The position numbers were made by a program, and so were the translations under genes. Below the pieces are notes generated by a model. That model did no database searches. It saw only the letters and a list, made by a program, of their open reading frames with translations, and was not told the DNA's origin. This document shows positions 9,695-17,211 of a DNA stretch of 64,000 bases, piece by piece (within the stretch, counting starts at the first letter, position 1; every line of letters begins with the position of its first letter). The stretch lies in the sequence record NC_019521.1; one strand, given 5' to 3'.

Positions 9695-9897
9695 TTCGTA
9701 AAGTTTTCATCAGTTTATATCCTGATGGAATGACTAATAACGCTCATAAATCTATGACAGAAATCATAGAATCTGGATATTGTAATAATCGAAAACGTTT
9801 GAGATGGTTTATCAAGAAAGGTTTGACAAGTTTCCAGAAATCTGGAATGGTTGCAACCCGTAAGAAAATTATCAATCGTCTTATAGCTTCAATTTAA
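9652..9897 (+). CDS. Hypothetical basic protein
   Basis: 81-aa ORF. Confidence 0.65.
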   Translation: MLRKTSKSQKRKSLIRKVFISLYPDGMTNNAHKSMTEIIESGYCNNRKRLRWFIKKGLTSFQKSGMVATRKKIINRLIASI

Positions 9898-9902
9898 TCG
9901 AA

Positions 9903-10298
9903 ATGTCAGTATCAGAACAAACTATAATAAATTCATTACATGATTTGAAACAGTTATTAGAAAGAAATCATTTAATAGACAATTTCGATTCTTTAGACAA
10001 TTCAATTTTTTCAAAACATTTGAAACTTACTAGTAGTATATACACTCACTGTCTTTATATAAATCTATTTCTTTTTGATTCTACTTGGTATAAAATCGAT
10101 AATACTGTAATAGGTTTGATAAAACGAATAGAATATGTAAAATGGTTCTTTCAGAATAGAAAGGAATCGTTTTATAGTAGTTATACTACATTGATGCGAT
10201 TAAACTCAGAACTTAAATCAATTCAGACACGATACTGGGATAAACCTATTCAAATGTTTTTAGAATTCGACAAGCTTGCTAAATTTCCAAGAAGATGA
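9903..10298 (+). CDS. Hypothetical protein
   Basis: 131-aa ORF. Confidence 0.7.
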   Translation: MSVSEQTIINSLHDLKQLLERNHLIDNFDSLDNSIFSKHLKLTSSIYTHCLYINLFLFDSTWYKIDNTVIGLIKRIEYVKWFFQNRKESFYSSYTTLMRLNSELKSIQTRYWDKPIQMFLEFDKLAKFPRR

Positions 10299-10681
10299 AA
10301 ACGTTAATATTATCAATATTCATAGCTTTGATGTTTCTTAGCTGTGAAGACAAAATCGAAATACTTTCTATCAATAAGAATTCTGTTATAGATTCTAAAG
10401 ATATCGAAAAGTTCAATACTGTAACAACTTACTATTCTGATAGTACTGTTACCTTGTATTACAACAGTCCTACAAAAACTGTTAATATTAAATCGAAAGG
10501 TTCTTATACGATACTTGATACTTTGGAATCTGGTAGTAAGATTACAACTTACTTGGGTGATTTGAAACGTAAAACAGGTACTTTGAAATTCTCGATATCT
10601 GATAACAAATCAACAAAACTAAATTGTACAGCCACTGATTCTATATTCGTAGCTGGTGTAAAGATAGTAAATTATAACTAA
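10295..10681 (+). CDS. Lipoprotein
   Basis: MKTLILSIFIALMFLSC: SPII signal with lipobox FLSC, followed by EDKIE. Confidence 0.75.
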   Translation: MKTLILSIFIALMFLSCEDKIEILSINKNSVIDSKDIEKFNTVTTYYSDSTVTLYYNSPTKTVNIKSKGSYTILDTLESGSKITTYLGDLKRKTGTLKFSISDNKSTKLNCTATDSIFVAGVKIVNYN

Positions 10682-10688
10682 ACTATTT

Positions 10689-10737
10689 ACAAAAAGTTTC
10701 ATCGTAAGTGAAACTTTTTGTCGTTTCGTAGTATAAT
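10689..10737 (+). promoter_or_regulatory. Hairpin-embedded class I promoter
   Basis: ACAAAAAGTTTCA-TCGTAAG-TGAAACTTTTTGT. TGAAAC 10709-10714, TAGTATAAT 10729-10737. Confidence 0.85.
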
Positions 10738-10799
10738 ATACTAAATAAATCAAATATACTTCATTTATGAAGCGCATTAGCTTCGCTAATTTTTCAACT

Positions 10800-10907
10800 A
10801 TGGAAATTCTTCAAACAATCGTTCAAACTGTAATGACAGGATTATTCGTTACAGCTTTAGTTCTTTTCGTTACTATCGGAATCAGAAATCTTATTAAACT
10901 TTTCTAA
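10800..10907 (+). CDS. 35-aa single-pass membrane peptide (not in ORF track)
   Basis: MEILQTIVQTVMTGLFVTALVLFVTIGIRNLIKLF. Same TTTCAACT-ATG leader as ORFs 11623, 20636 and 48090. Confidence 0.65.
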   Translation: MEILQTIVQTVMTGLFVTALVLFVTIGIRNLIKLF

Positions 10908-10908
10908 T

Positions 10909-10989
10909 ATGTTTAAGTTCTGTAAGAAATGCTGTACTATGGTACTGGTTAAATCATCTAAATGTACAATCTGTAAACGTAGCATATAA
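10909..10989 (+). CDS. 26-aa zinc-ribbon-like peptide (not in ORF track)
   Basis: MFKFCKKCCTMVLVKSSKCTICKRSI, two CxxC pairs. Starts 1 nt after the previous stop and its TAA overlaps the next ATG. Confidence 0.55.
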   Translation: MFKFCKKCCTMVLVKSSKCTICKRSI

Positions 10990-11192
10990 TGTCATCTATC
11001 AAAGAAGTAAACGCTAAGGTAAGAGCTAACAAAATAATCGAAAAATTAGAATTTCTTAAATCTAATGGATGTGATCAAAGAATTTATGTTCCAAATACTA
11101 TCGATAAATTAATTATCGAAGAATTAGAAAGTCGAAACTATGTAGTTGAAGACAACTTTCATGATTTAATCGTTTATCCTAAAATCAAATAA
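10989..11192 (+). CDS. Hypothetical protein
   Basis: 67-aa ORF, TAATG coupling. Confidence 0.7.
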   Translation: MSSIKEVNAKVRANKIIEKLEFLKSNGCDQRIYVPNTIDKLIIEELESRNYVVEDNFHDLIVYPKIK

Positions 11193-11193
11193 C

Positions 11194-11538
11194 ATGTACT
11201 TACTTCTTAAAAACAATATCTCAGATTCATCGAACTGGGAAGCTATAGCTACTTACGAAATTATTCCTTCACCTGAAGAACTTCTAAATCTTGAATGTTT
11301 CGGAGAAGGTTCTGATGCTAAACATAAAGAAACTGGTGAATCTTTAAACGAATTACTATGTAAACAGTTATCAGAAAAACTAATTACTAGTACGTTTCAA
11401 TTTTCTTCAAGTTTTAGATTCGAATATATGCTAATAGAATTCAAACATGGTGAAGATTTGAATTTACATGATTATCTTCTAACAGGTTATACAGATATCA
11501 ATCCTGGAATCGGATTCGATTTGGATAATTTTTGTTAA
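11194..11538 (+). CDS. Hypothetical protein
   Basis: 114-aa acidic ORF. Confidence 0.7.
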   Translation: MYLLLKNNISDSSNWEAIATYEIIPSPEELLNLECFGEGSDAKHKETGESLNELLCKQLSEKLITSTFQFSSSFRFEYMLIEFKHGEDLNLHDYLLTGYTDINPGIGFDLDNFC

Positions 11539-11555
11539 CTTTATTTTTCAGCAAC

Positions 11556-11584
11556 TGAAACAATCTAAACTTTCGTAGTATAAT
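11556..11584 (+). promoter_or_regulatory. Class I promoter (no hairpin)
   Basis: TGAAAC 11556-11561, N14, TAGTATAAT 11576-11584. Confidence 0.8.
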
Positions 11585-11622
11585 ATCTTCATAAATATCA
11601 TAAATAAAAAACATTTTCAACT

Positions 11623-12606
11623 ATGGCTAAGGTAAAACTTACAAAAAACGAACAATCAATTCTTGATGCTATAAAAAACGGTTCAACAACTATCGAATCG
11701 ATCTCAGAAAAAGCTAACGTTGCTAAAAACGTAGCACATCTTCTTGCAGGTTCACTTGTTAAGAAATCATTAGTTCGTAAAAATCCAAACGATAAAACTT
11801 TCTCAATTGTTCCAGAAGGTGCTGATACTTCTAAAATCGTATGTTACGGTAACTTGTTATTACCGGTTCGTTTCTATGTAAACAAACAAACTAAACAACG
11901 TTACGCTATTCGTGGAACTTGGAATCCAGTTGAGGATCATATTACTGAAGATGATATTCAATGGATCGATGATACAATTTCTCAGAAATCTAAGAAAGGT
12001 AAAACTGAATCTAAAAATCGTGATGGTTTAGCTAAACCAAGATTACGTGTAATAACACCTTCAAAATTCCAAGTTTGGTCAGAATTACCTTTAACTGATA
12101 AACAATTATCGGGTGAATACAAAGGTAAAACAGGTGATTTCAATATTGATTTCAAGGTCAAGGAATCTCGTGGTGAACAAACTCATATCGAAGCTTGTAT
12201 CAATTTCAAAATCGGTAAAATTACTTGGAGCATGTACCCAGTAACTAAAACTGATGTTCTTGTTGATACTGATAAATTGGAAAAATTCATCAAAGGAAAG
12301 GGTGAATCTATCTTCACTTTGGAACAATTCATTTGGCGAAATCCAGACCAAGTAATTCAATATCCAGTCGATATCAAAGTTAACGAAGACACATCTTTGA
12401 TTGGTACAACAATTCAATTCGTTAAATGGAAAGATATTAATAATCTTTCTTGGAATGTTTTCCAAATCACTTGTGCTGCTACAAACGGTAACTGTAAATT
12501 CAAGAAAATGTCATCTGGTACTGGGTCATTAGAGGAAGCTTTGAAATCTGTAAATGGAATGCCAGCATTTGTATCAGCTTTAGAAGCTTTCAAAATCGTA
12601 AAATAA
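11623..12606 (+). CDS. Protein with N-terminal winged-HTH-like domain
   Basis: LTKNEQSILDAIKNGSTTIESISEKANVAKNVAHLLAGSLVKKSLV resembles MarR/TrmB-type wHTH. Remainder unknown. Confidence 0.6.
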   Translation: MAKVKLTKNEQSILDAIKNGSTTIESISEKANVAKNVAHLLAGSLVKKSLVRKNPNDKTFSIVPEGADTSKIVCYGNLLLPVRFYVNKQTKQRYAIRGTWNPVEDHITEDDIQWIDDTISQKSKKGKTESKNRDGLAKPRLRVITPSKFQVWSELPLTDKQLSGEYKGKTGDFNIDFKVKESRGEQTHIEACINFKIGKITWSMYPVTKTDVLVDTDKLEKFIKGKGESIFTLEQFIWRNPDQVIQYPVDIKVNEDTSLIGTTIQFVKWKDINNLSWNVFQITCAATNGNCKFKKMSSGTGSLEEALKSVNGMPAFVSALEAFKIVK

Positions 12607-12627
12607 TAACACACTACTAAATCCTAA

Positions 12628-12655
12628 GATTCGGAAGATTTTTATCTTCCGAATC
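12628..12655 (+). terminator. Intrinsic terminator-like hairpin
   Basis: GATTCGGAAGAT-TTTT-ATCTTCCGAATC followed by ATTTTT. Confidence 0.7.
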
Positions 12656-12680
12656 ATTTTTAAAAGCTAAAAACGAAATA

Positions 12681-13304
12681 ATGATTAACACACCATACGA
12701 AAAACAAGTTGCGATTTTTGAAGAACTTAAAGAAGATTTTACTGACAGATTAGCACTTTTACTTGATAGTGAATTTGGACAAGACACTCAAGATTTACTT
12801 GATGTAAAATTCCTAGAAACTGGTATCATAATCTGTGACAAAGTATTTGTCGAATACGATCAAACTGTTATAACACCAACTTTCAATATCAAACCATTAT
12901 CTTCGTTTGAAGATTTCAAAATCATTAATGCTGTACTTTCGAATAAAGATGAAATCAAAGATTTCGTTAAGAAATATCATATAACTTTGGAAACTATTAA
13001 ATCGTTTTCGAACAAATCAATTTCTGAGGAAAATCCAATCATTGAAGAAATCAAAAACGAAATCCAAGCTGGAATCTTGGAAGGTGATATCACTGATAAC
13101 GTTTACGAAATCAATGAAAACTTGTTCTTGAAAATCTTATCATATGGTACTTCAAGACAATTACATGTAACTGTTGGATTTTTCAGAGACATTCAATTAG
13201 AAGAAAATCCTTTCAGAATAGATCGAATCAATAAAGATGATTTATTCGAAAGACTAACATATCTTATCAATCACGAATTAGACAATACTACTTTAGTAGA
13301 CTAG
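12681..13304 (+). CDS. Hypothetical acidic protein
   Basis: 207-aa ORF. Confidence 0.75.
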   Translation: MINTPYEKQVAIFEELKEDFTDRLALLLDSEFGQDTQDLLDVKFLETGIIICDKVFVEYDQTVITPTFNIKPLSSFEDFKIINAVLSNKDEIKDFVKKYHITLETIKSFSNKSISEENPIIEEIKNEIQAGILEGDITDNVYEINENLFLKILSYGTSRQLHVTVGFFRDIQLEENPFRIDRINKDDLFERLTYLINHELDNTTLVD

Positions 13305-13340
13305 GTTGTAGTTGACCATTTTATATTTTTGTTATTTTTA

Positions 13341-13372
13341 AAGAACTGGATATTAACGTATCCAGTTCTTTT
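13341..13372 (+). terminator. Intrinsic terminator
   Basis: AAGAACTGGATA-TTAACG-TATCCAGTTCTT plus T run. Confidence 0.75.
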
Positions 13373-13382
13373 CGATTAGATC

Positions 13383-13427
13383 AAATCGTTATTCAGATTG
13401 AAACGATTTCATATTTGTTAGTATAAT
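13383..13427 (+). promoter_or_regulatory. Class I promoter with short inverted repeat
   Basis: AAATCGTT(13383)/AACGATTT(13402). TGAAAC 13399-13404, TAGTATAAT 13419-13427. Confidence 0.8.
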
Positions 13428-13466
13428 ATATTTCAATACAAATATATTTACACTAATGTCATACAA

Positions 13467-15395
13467 ATGAACGACAAAGATTTTATCGACGACCTAGATG
13501 CGTTATTATCCCCAAAACCTGAAAATGTTTCAACGGAAACTGAAGAAACAAAAGAACTTGTAGAAAAACGTTCAAGGATTCTTGAATGTCTTGATAAAGT
13601 AATCGATAAGCTATGCGAGAATCCTGGAATCTTACGAGAAAGAATCGAACAAACTCAGAAACCTATTATCGAAAAAGCTCTTAACGCTTATATCAAAGGT
13701 GTTAAGAATTACATTGTAGAAGCACCTACAGGTGCTGGTAAATCAATCATTGGATTACTTATTAACGAATCAATCTATCTTTACAACAATAAAGATATTG
13801 CAGCTTATACGTTAACACCTACAAAGATTTTACAGGATCAGTTAGATGAAGACAACAAACGTTTGAATCTTGGATGGGCTTTGTTAAAGGGTCAAGGTAA
13901 TTACATGTGTCTTGAAAACAATGAAAACTTTACGAAAAGAGCTTGCCATAAGTTAGCTATTTCTAAAGCAGCTCAATTACCTTGTGCTGAAACATGTGAA
14001 TACATTCAAAAACGTAAAGCTGCTATTTTGTCACATAACGCTGTATTATCTTACGCTTATTGGTTATCTGCTATGAATTACATGTATAACATGCTTGGAG
14101 ATAATTCACCATTTCAACCGAGAGAAGTTACAGTATTTGATGAATGTCATATGTTAGCTGATACAGTTCAAAGTATGTTTCAAGTTGAAATATCGAATCA
14201 AGTTCAGGATAGAATCGTTAAGCTAATTTCATTCTATGAATCTGTTGAAAAAGATGTTTACAAGCTTGAAAGAATGTTTGGACTCACTAAAGATTTCAAG
14301 AAATGTTTCGATCATCTTTTCAAGATTACTAACGAACAATCATTGAAAGATGTTTACGATACTATGCTAATGACTACAGCATATATTCATAGGATTTCGA
14401 ATATGTTCTTAGACTTCATTCAAGAATATTTTCCTAAGAATACTAACCTTTGGTCTGTTGGTCAACAAGAATTCGATAAGAACTTTGAAAGATTCGCATC
14501 AGTTTCTTCAAACATGAAATTCTTCTTATCAAATAACAAAGATATTGAAAACATTGTTGCAGATAAAACAGTTTTAGATGATGGTACCGTAGTTCTACTA
14601 TTTAGAACTCTTAACGAATCTAGTTTAATGGCTAGACATGTTCATAAGTATACACAATTCGCAGTATGGACTTCAGCTACATTAGGTGGACGTAAAGGTT
14701 TAGAATCTTGGGCTGAACAAAATGGTATTACGAATTACGAATATACTATCATGGAATCTAATTTCGATTTCGAAAATTGTCCTATCAATATCTGTTCACC
14801 TACTATTTCAATGTCATTCAAAGATAAGGCGAATAACATGAATGCTTTAATGATGCGAATCATGACTTTGATCAATTGTCACGAAGATGAACGTGGTATC
14901 ATTCATACTGGTAATTTCGAAATAGCTAGAAATCTTAAGACTCGTACTGAAAAAGGTAATGACAGATTCATTTTCTATAACAATTCATTTGAAAAAGCTC
15001 ACGCTATCGAAGAACTTAAACGTTCTAAAAATGGTATTATCGTTGGACCTTCGTTATCAGAAGGATTGGATTTGAAAGATGATTTAGCCAGATTCGCTAT
15101 TCTCGCTAAAGTACCTTATCCGTCACTAGCTGATTCATTGAACAAATTAAAACTTGAAAGAATTCCAGGATGGTATGATTGGCAAACAGTTGTAACTGTT
15201 CAACAGCAGTTAGGTAGACACGTAAGACATAAAACGGATTGGGGTACAACTTATATGTTAGATTCGGGATTCGAAAGAGTTATAACTAATTCTACATTCC
15301 CGAATTACATTGCTAACCGTTTTACAAAAATCAATGTCAATAAATTAGTAACAGATTTCCAAAATCAAGATTCAGATTTCGATGACTTATACTAA
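13467..15395 (+). CDS. dinG: DinG/Rad3-family (SF2) ATP-dependent helicase with probable Fe-S cluster
   Basis: EAPTGAGKS (Walker A), VFDECH, SATL, SEGLDLKDDLARFAILAKVPYP, QQLGRHVRH. Four-Cys cluster C..C..C...C after motif Ia. Confidence 0.88.
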   Translation: MNDKDFIDDLDALLSPKPENVSTETEETKELVEKRSRILECLDKVIDKLCENPGILRERIEQTQKPIIEKALNAYIKGVKNYIVEAPTGAGKSIIGLLINESIYLYNNKDIAAYTLTPTKILQDQLDEDNKRLNLGWALLKGQGNYMCLENNENFTKRACHKLAISKAAQLPCAETCEYIQKRKAAILSHNAVLSYAYWLSAMNYMYNMLGDNSPFQPREVTVFDECHMLADTVQSMFQVEISNQVQDRIVKLISFYESVEKDVYKLERMFGLTKDFKKCFDHLFKITNEQSLKDVYDTMLMTTAYIHRISNMFLDFIQEYFPKNTNLWSVGQQEFDKNFERFASVSSNMKFFLSNNKDIENIVADKTVLDDGTVVLLFRTLNESSLMARHVHKYTQFAVWTSATLGGRKGLESWAEQNGITNYEYTIMESNFDFENCPINICSPTISMSFKDKANNMNALMMRIMTLINCHEDERGIIHTGNFEIARNLKTRTEKGNDRFIFYNNSFEKAHAIEELKRSKNGIIVGPSLSEGLDLKDDLARFAILAKVPYPSLADSLNKLKLERIPGWYDWQTVVTVQQQLGRHVRHKTDWGTTYMLDSGFERVITNSTFPNYIANRFTKINVNKLVTDFQNQDSDFDDLY

Positions 15396-15666
15396 AATCA
15401 AAGAACAATTCAAAGATCGATACAATCAGATTTGTATCGATCTAATGGAAATGATAATCGAGGAAGTTCTATACATAAACGTTTCTATAAACGAATCCGA
15501 TCAAATGGAAAGCATTTTAGATTCTATGGAACTATCAGCTTTAAGTTCTGTAATCGATAAATACTATCAAGTTTCGATAAGTAATACTGAAATAAGTTAT
15601 AAGACTTTCGAAGAGTTAGTATGTCGAATCATTTACTTACAAGTAACACCACAGTCAAGGTTATGA
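15382..15666 (+). CDS. Acyl carrier protein-like, conserved DS motif retained (Ser48)
   Basis: ILDSMELSALSSVIDKYYQVSISNTEISYKTFEELV aligns by eye to ACP [32 protein letters not shown]. Confidence 0.65.
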   Translation: MTYTKIKEQFKDRYNQICIDLMEMIIEEVLYINVSINESDQMESILDSMELSALSSVIDKYYQVSISNTEISYKTFEELVCRIIYLQVTPQSRL

Positions 15667-15923
15667 AAAAGACACATAGTGAAATCATCTCTACTATAAA
15701 TTCAGATTTAGAAGATTTTATGCGATCTAATAGCATGAATACTAGATTTTCGTATAATGAATATCTTTATAGACTTTGGAGAAGAGAAGATTACGAAGCT
15801 TTCTGTGAACATGTAATACATAAGTACGATGGATATAACATCAAACGTCAGTTTTTCATGACTATGAACACACTTATAACTAATCTAGCGAACAGGGAAA
15901 TTATTAAACAACAAAATTCTTAA
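15663..15923 (+). CDS. Divergent ACP-like paralog (RR at DS position)
   Basis: Start at 15663 gives an ATGA overlap. Same hydrophobic register and C-terminal MTMNTLI as KTFEELV/MTYHDLI. Confidence 0.4.
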   Translation: MKKTHSEIISTINSDLEDFMRSNSMNTRFSYNEYLYRLWRREDYEAFCEHVIHKYDGYNIKRQFFMTMNTLITNLANREIIKQQNS

Positions 15924-15928
15924 AAACT

Positions 15929-16192
15929 ATGATATCAAAGAAACGTTATCAATCAAAATATGACGAAATCAGGTTAGACTTGAATTTCTTCTTAGTAACA
16001 GAATTAGATCAGTCTAAAGACTTACAGGATTCTGATGTTCTAAACAAAGTATTAGATCATATGGAAATTGCTGATTTGAAAGACTATTTAGAATCAGAAT
16101 ATAACTGTAAAGTTGGAATCGATGCTATGACTTATCATGATCTTATCGATCTTCTAACTTTAAGATACTTCGTAAATATAGATTCCGAATAG
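15929..16192 (+). CDS. ACP-like paralog (DH at DS position)
   Basis: LQDSDVLNKVLDHMEI vs INESDQMESILDSMEL; LESEYNCKV vs ACP [9 protein letters not shown]. Confidence 0.6.
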   Translation: MISKKRYQSKYDEIRLDLNFFLVTELDQSKDLQDSDVLNKVLDHMEIADLKDYLESEYNCKVGIDAMTYHDLIDLLTLRYFVNIDSE

Positions 16193-16194
16193 AC

Positions 16195-16506
16195 ATGGAA
16201 AATTTCAAAGAAGTTTGCGATTATCTAAAGTCTGAACTAAAAGAAGTATGTTCTTTAGATTACGAAATATATGCTTACGAAACTCTTTCAGACTTTATCG
16301 ACGATTATGATATCTTGAATTTCATTTCAATAATCAAACATAAGAATCGAGGTTTATGTAATATCGAAGTATCGGATTACAGGAAACTGACATTAACTGA
16401 TATAGCGAACAATATTCTATATAATAAAAATAGATTGGAACTTTTCGATCTATTTTCTAAAGCTAGTAAAAGAATGAGAGAATCTTGTAAAATCTTGTAC
16501 ACGTAA
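16195..16506 (+). CDS. ACP-like paralog (DD at DS position)
   Basis: IYAYETLSDFIDDYDILNFISII...LTLTDIANNI matches the register of its neighbours. Confidence 0.5.
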   Translation: MENFKEVCDYLKSELKEVCSLDYEIYAYETLSDFIDDYDILNFISIIKHKNRGLCNIEVSDYRKLTLTDIANNILYNKNRLELFDLFSKASKRMRESCKILYT

Positions 16507-16523
16507 ACATAAAATATCAAGTT

Positions 16524-16537
16524 TAGTATAATACATA
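16524..16537 (+). promoter_or_regulatory. Overlapping TAGTATAAT and AATACATA elements upstream of nrdH
   Basis: TAGTATAAT 16524-16532 (upstream GTAAAC sits at N15, imperfect). AATACATA 16530-16537. Confidence 0.5.
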
Positions 16538-16567
16538 TAATTCAATATATAAATTCAGACAAAGAAC

Positions 16568-16834
16568 ATGACAGAACCTATCATTACAGTGTTGTCTAAA
16601 AACGGTTGCGTTCCCTGCGAAACTGTTAAAGCTACACTTAAATCGAGTAACATAAAGTTTGAAGAAATCAACTTATTCGATAACGCACATATTGCTACCA
16701 AATTCAAAATTCGAAACGTACCAACTGTAATGTTTACTAATAAACCATTAACAGATGATACAGCTATAGAAGTTTCGGAAAAATTCACAGGTCCTGGAAC
16801 ATTGGACAAAATTCAACAATACGTTTCTAAATAA
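16568..16834 (+). CDS. nrdH: NrdH-like glutaredoxin/thioredoxin
   Basis: CVPC active site, RNVPTV cis-Pro motif, position before nrdI-nrdE. Confidence 0.85.
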   Translation: MTEPIITVLSKNGCVPCETVKATLKSSNIKFEEINLFDNAHIATKFKIRNVPTVMFTNKPLTDDTAIEVSEKFTGPGTLDKIQQYVSK

Positions 16835-17205
16835 TGACTATCGTTTATGACTCAAGGACTGGGAATATTGAACGATTCATTAACAAAGTAAAAGAACAAA
16901 CTGGATGGACTTTCGTTAAGATTGATAAGAATCTTGTCATCGATGAGAAAGTCCATCTTGTTACTTATACTACAGGTTTCGGACACCTCCCAAATCCTAC
17001 AAAGGCTTTTCTAGCAAATCAATCTAATGTAAACAATTTACTTTCTGTATCAGTAAGTGGTAATCGTAACTGGGGACCTAATTTCGGTAAGGCTGGTGAT
17101 ATCATCTCAGATGAATACAACGTTCCGTTACTATTGAAATTCGAATTATCTGGTAATCCCTCTGAAATAGAAGCATTCATTGAAAACATTCAAAAATTCT
17201 CTTAA
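16834..17205 (+). CDS. nrdI: NrdI flavodoxin-like protein (class Ib RNR)
   Basis: IVYDSRTGNIERF, YTTGFG, SGNRNWGPNFG, LLLKFELSG. Confidence 0.95.
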   Translation: MTIVYDSRTGNIERFINKVKEQTGWTFVKIDKNLVIDEKVHLVTYTTGFGHLPNPTKAFLANQSNVNNLLSVSVSGNRNWGPNFGKAGDIISDEYNVPLLLKFELSGNPSEIEAFIENIQKFS

Positions 17206-17211
17206 TACAAT

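Noticed and set aside
7458-11192. Possible paralogy between ORF 7458 and ORF 10989
   Set aside because: The similarity (helix then GY/NY-V-V strand) is too short to support by eye.
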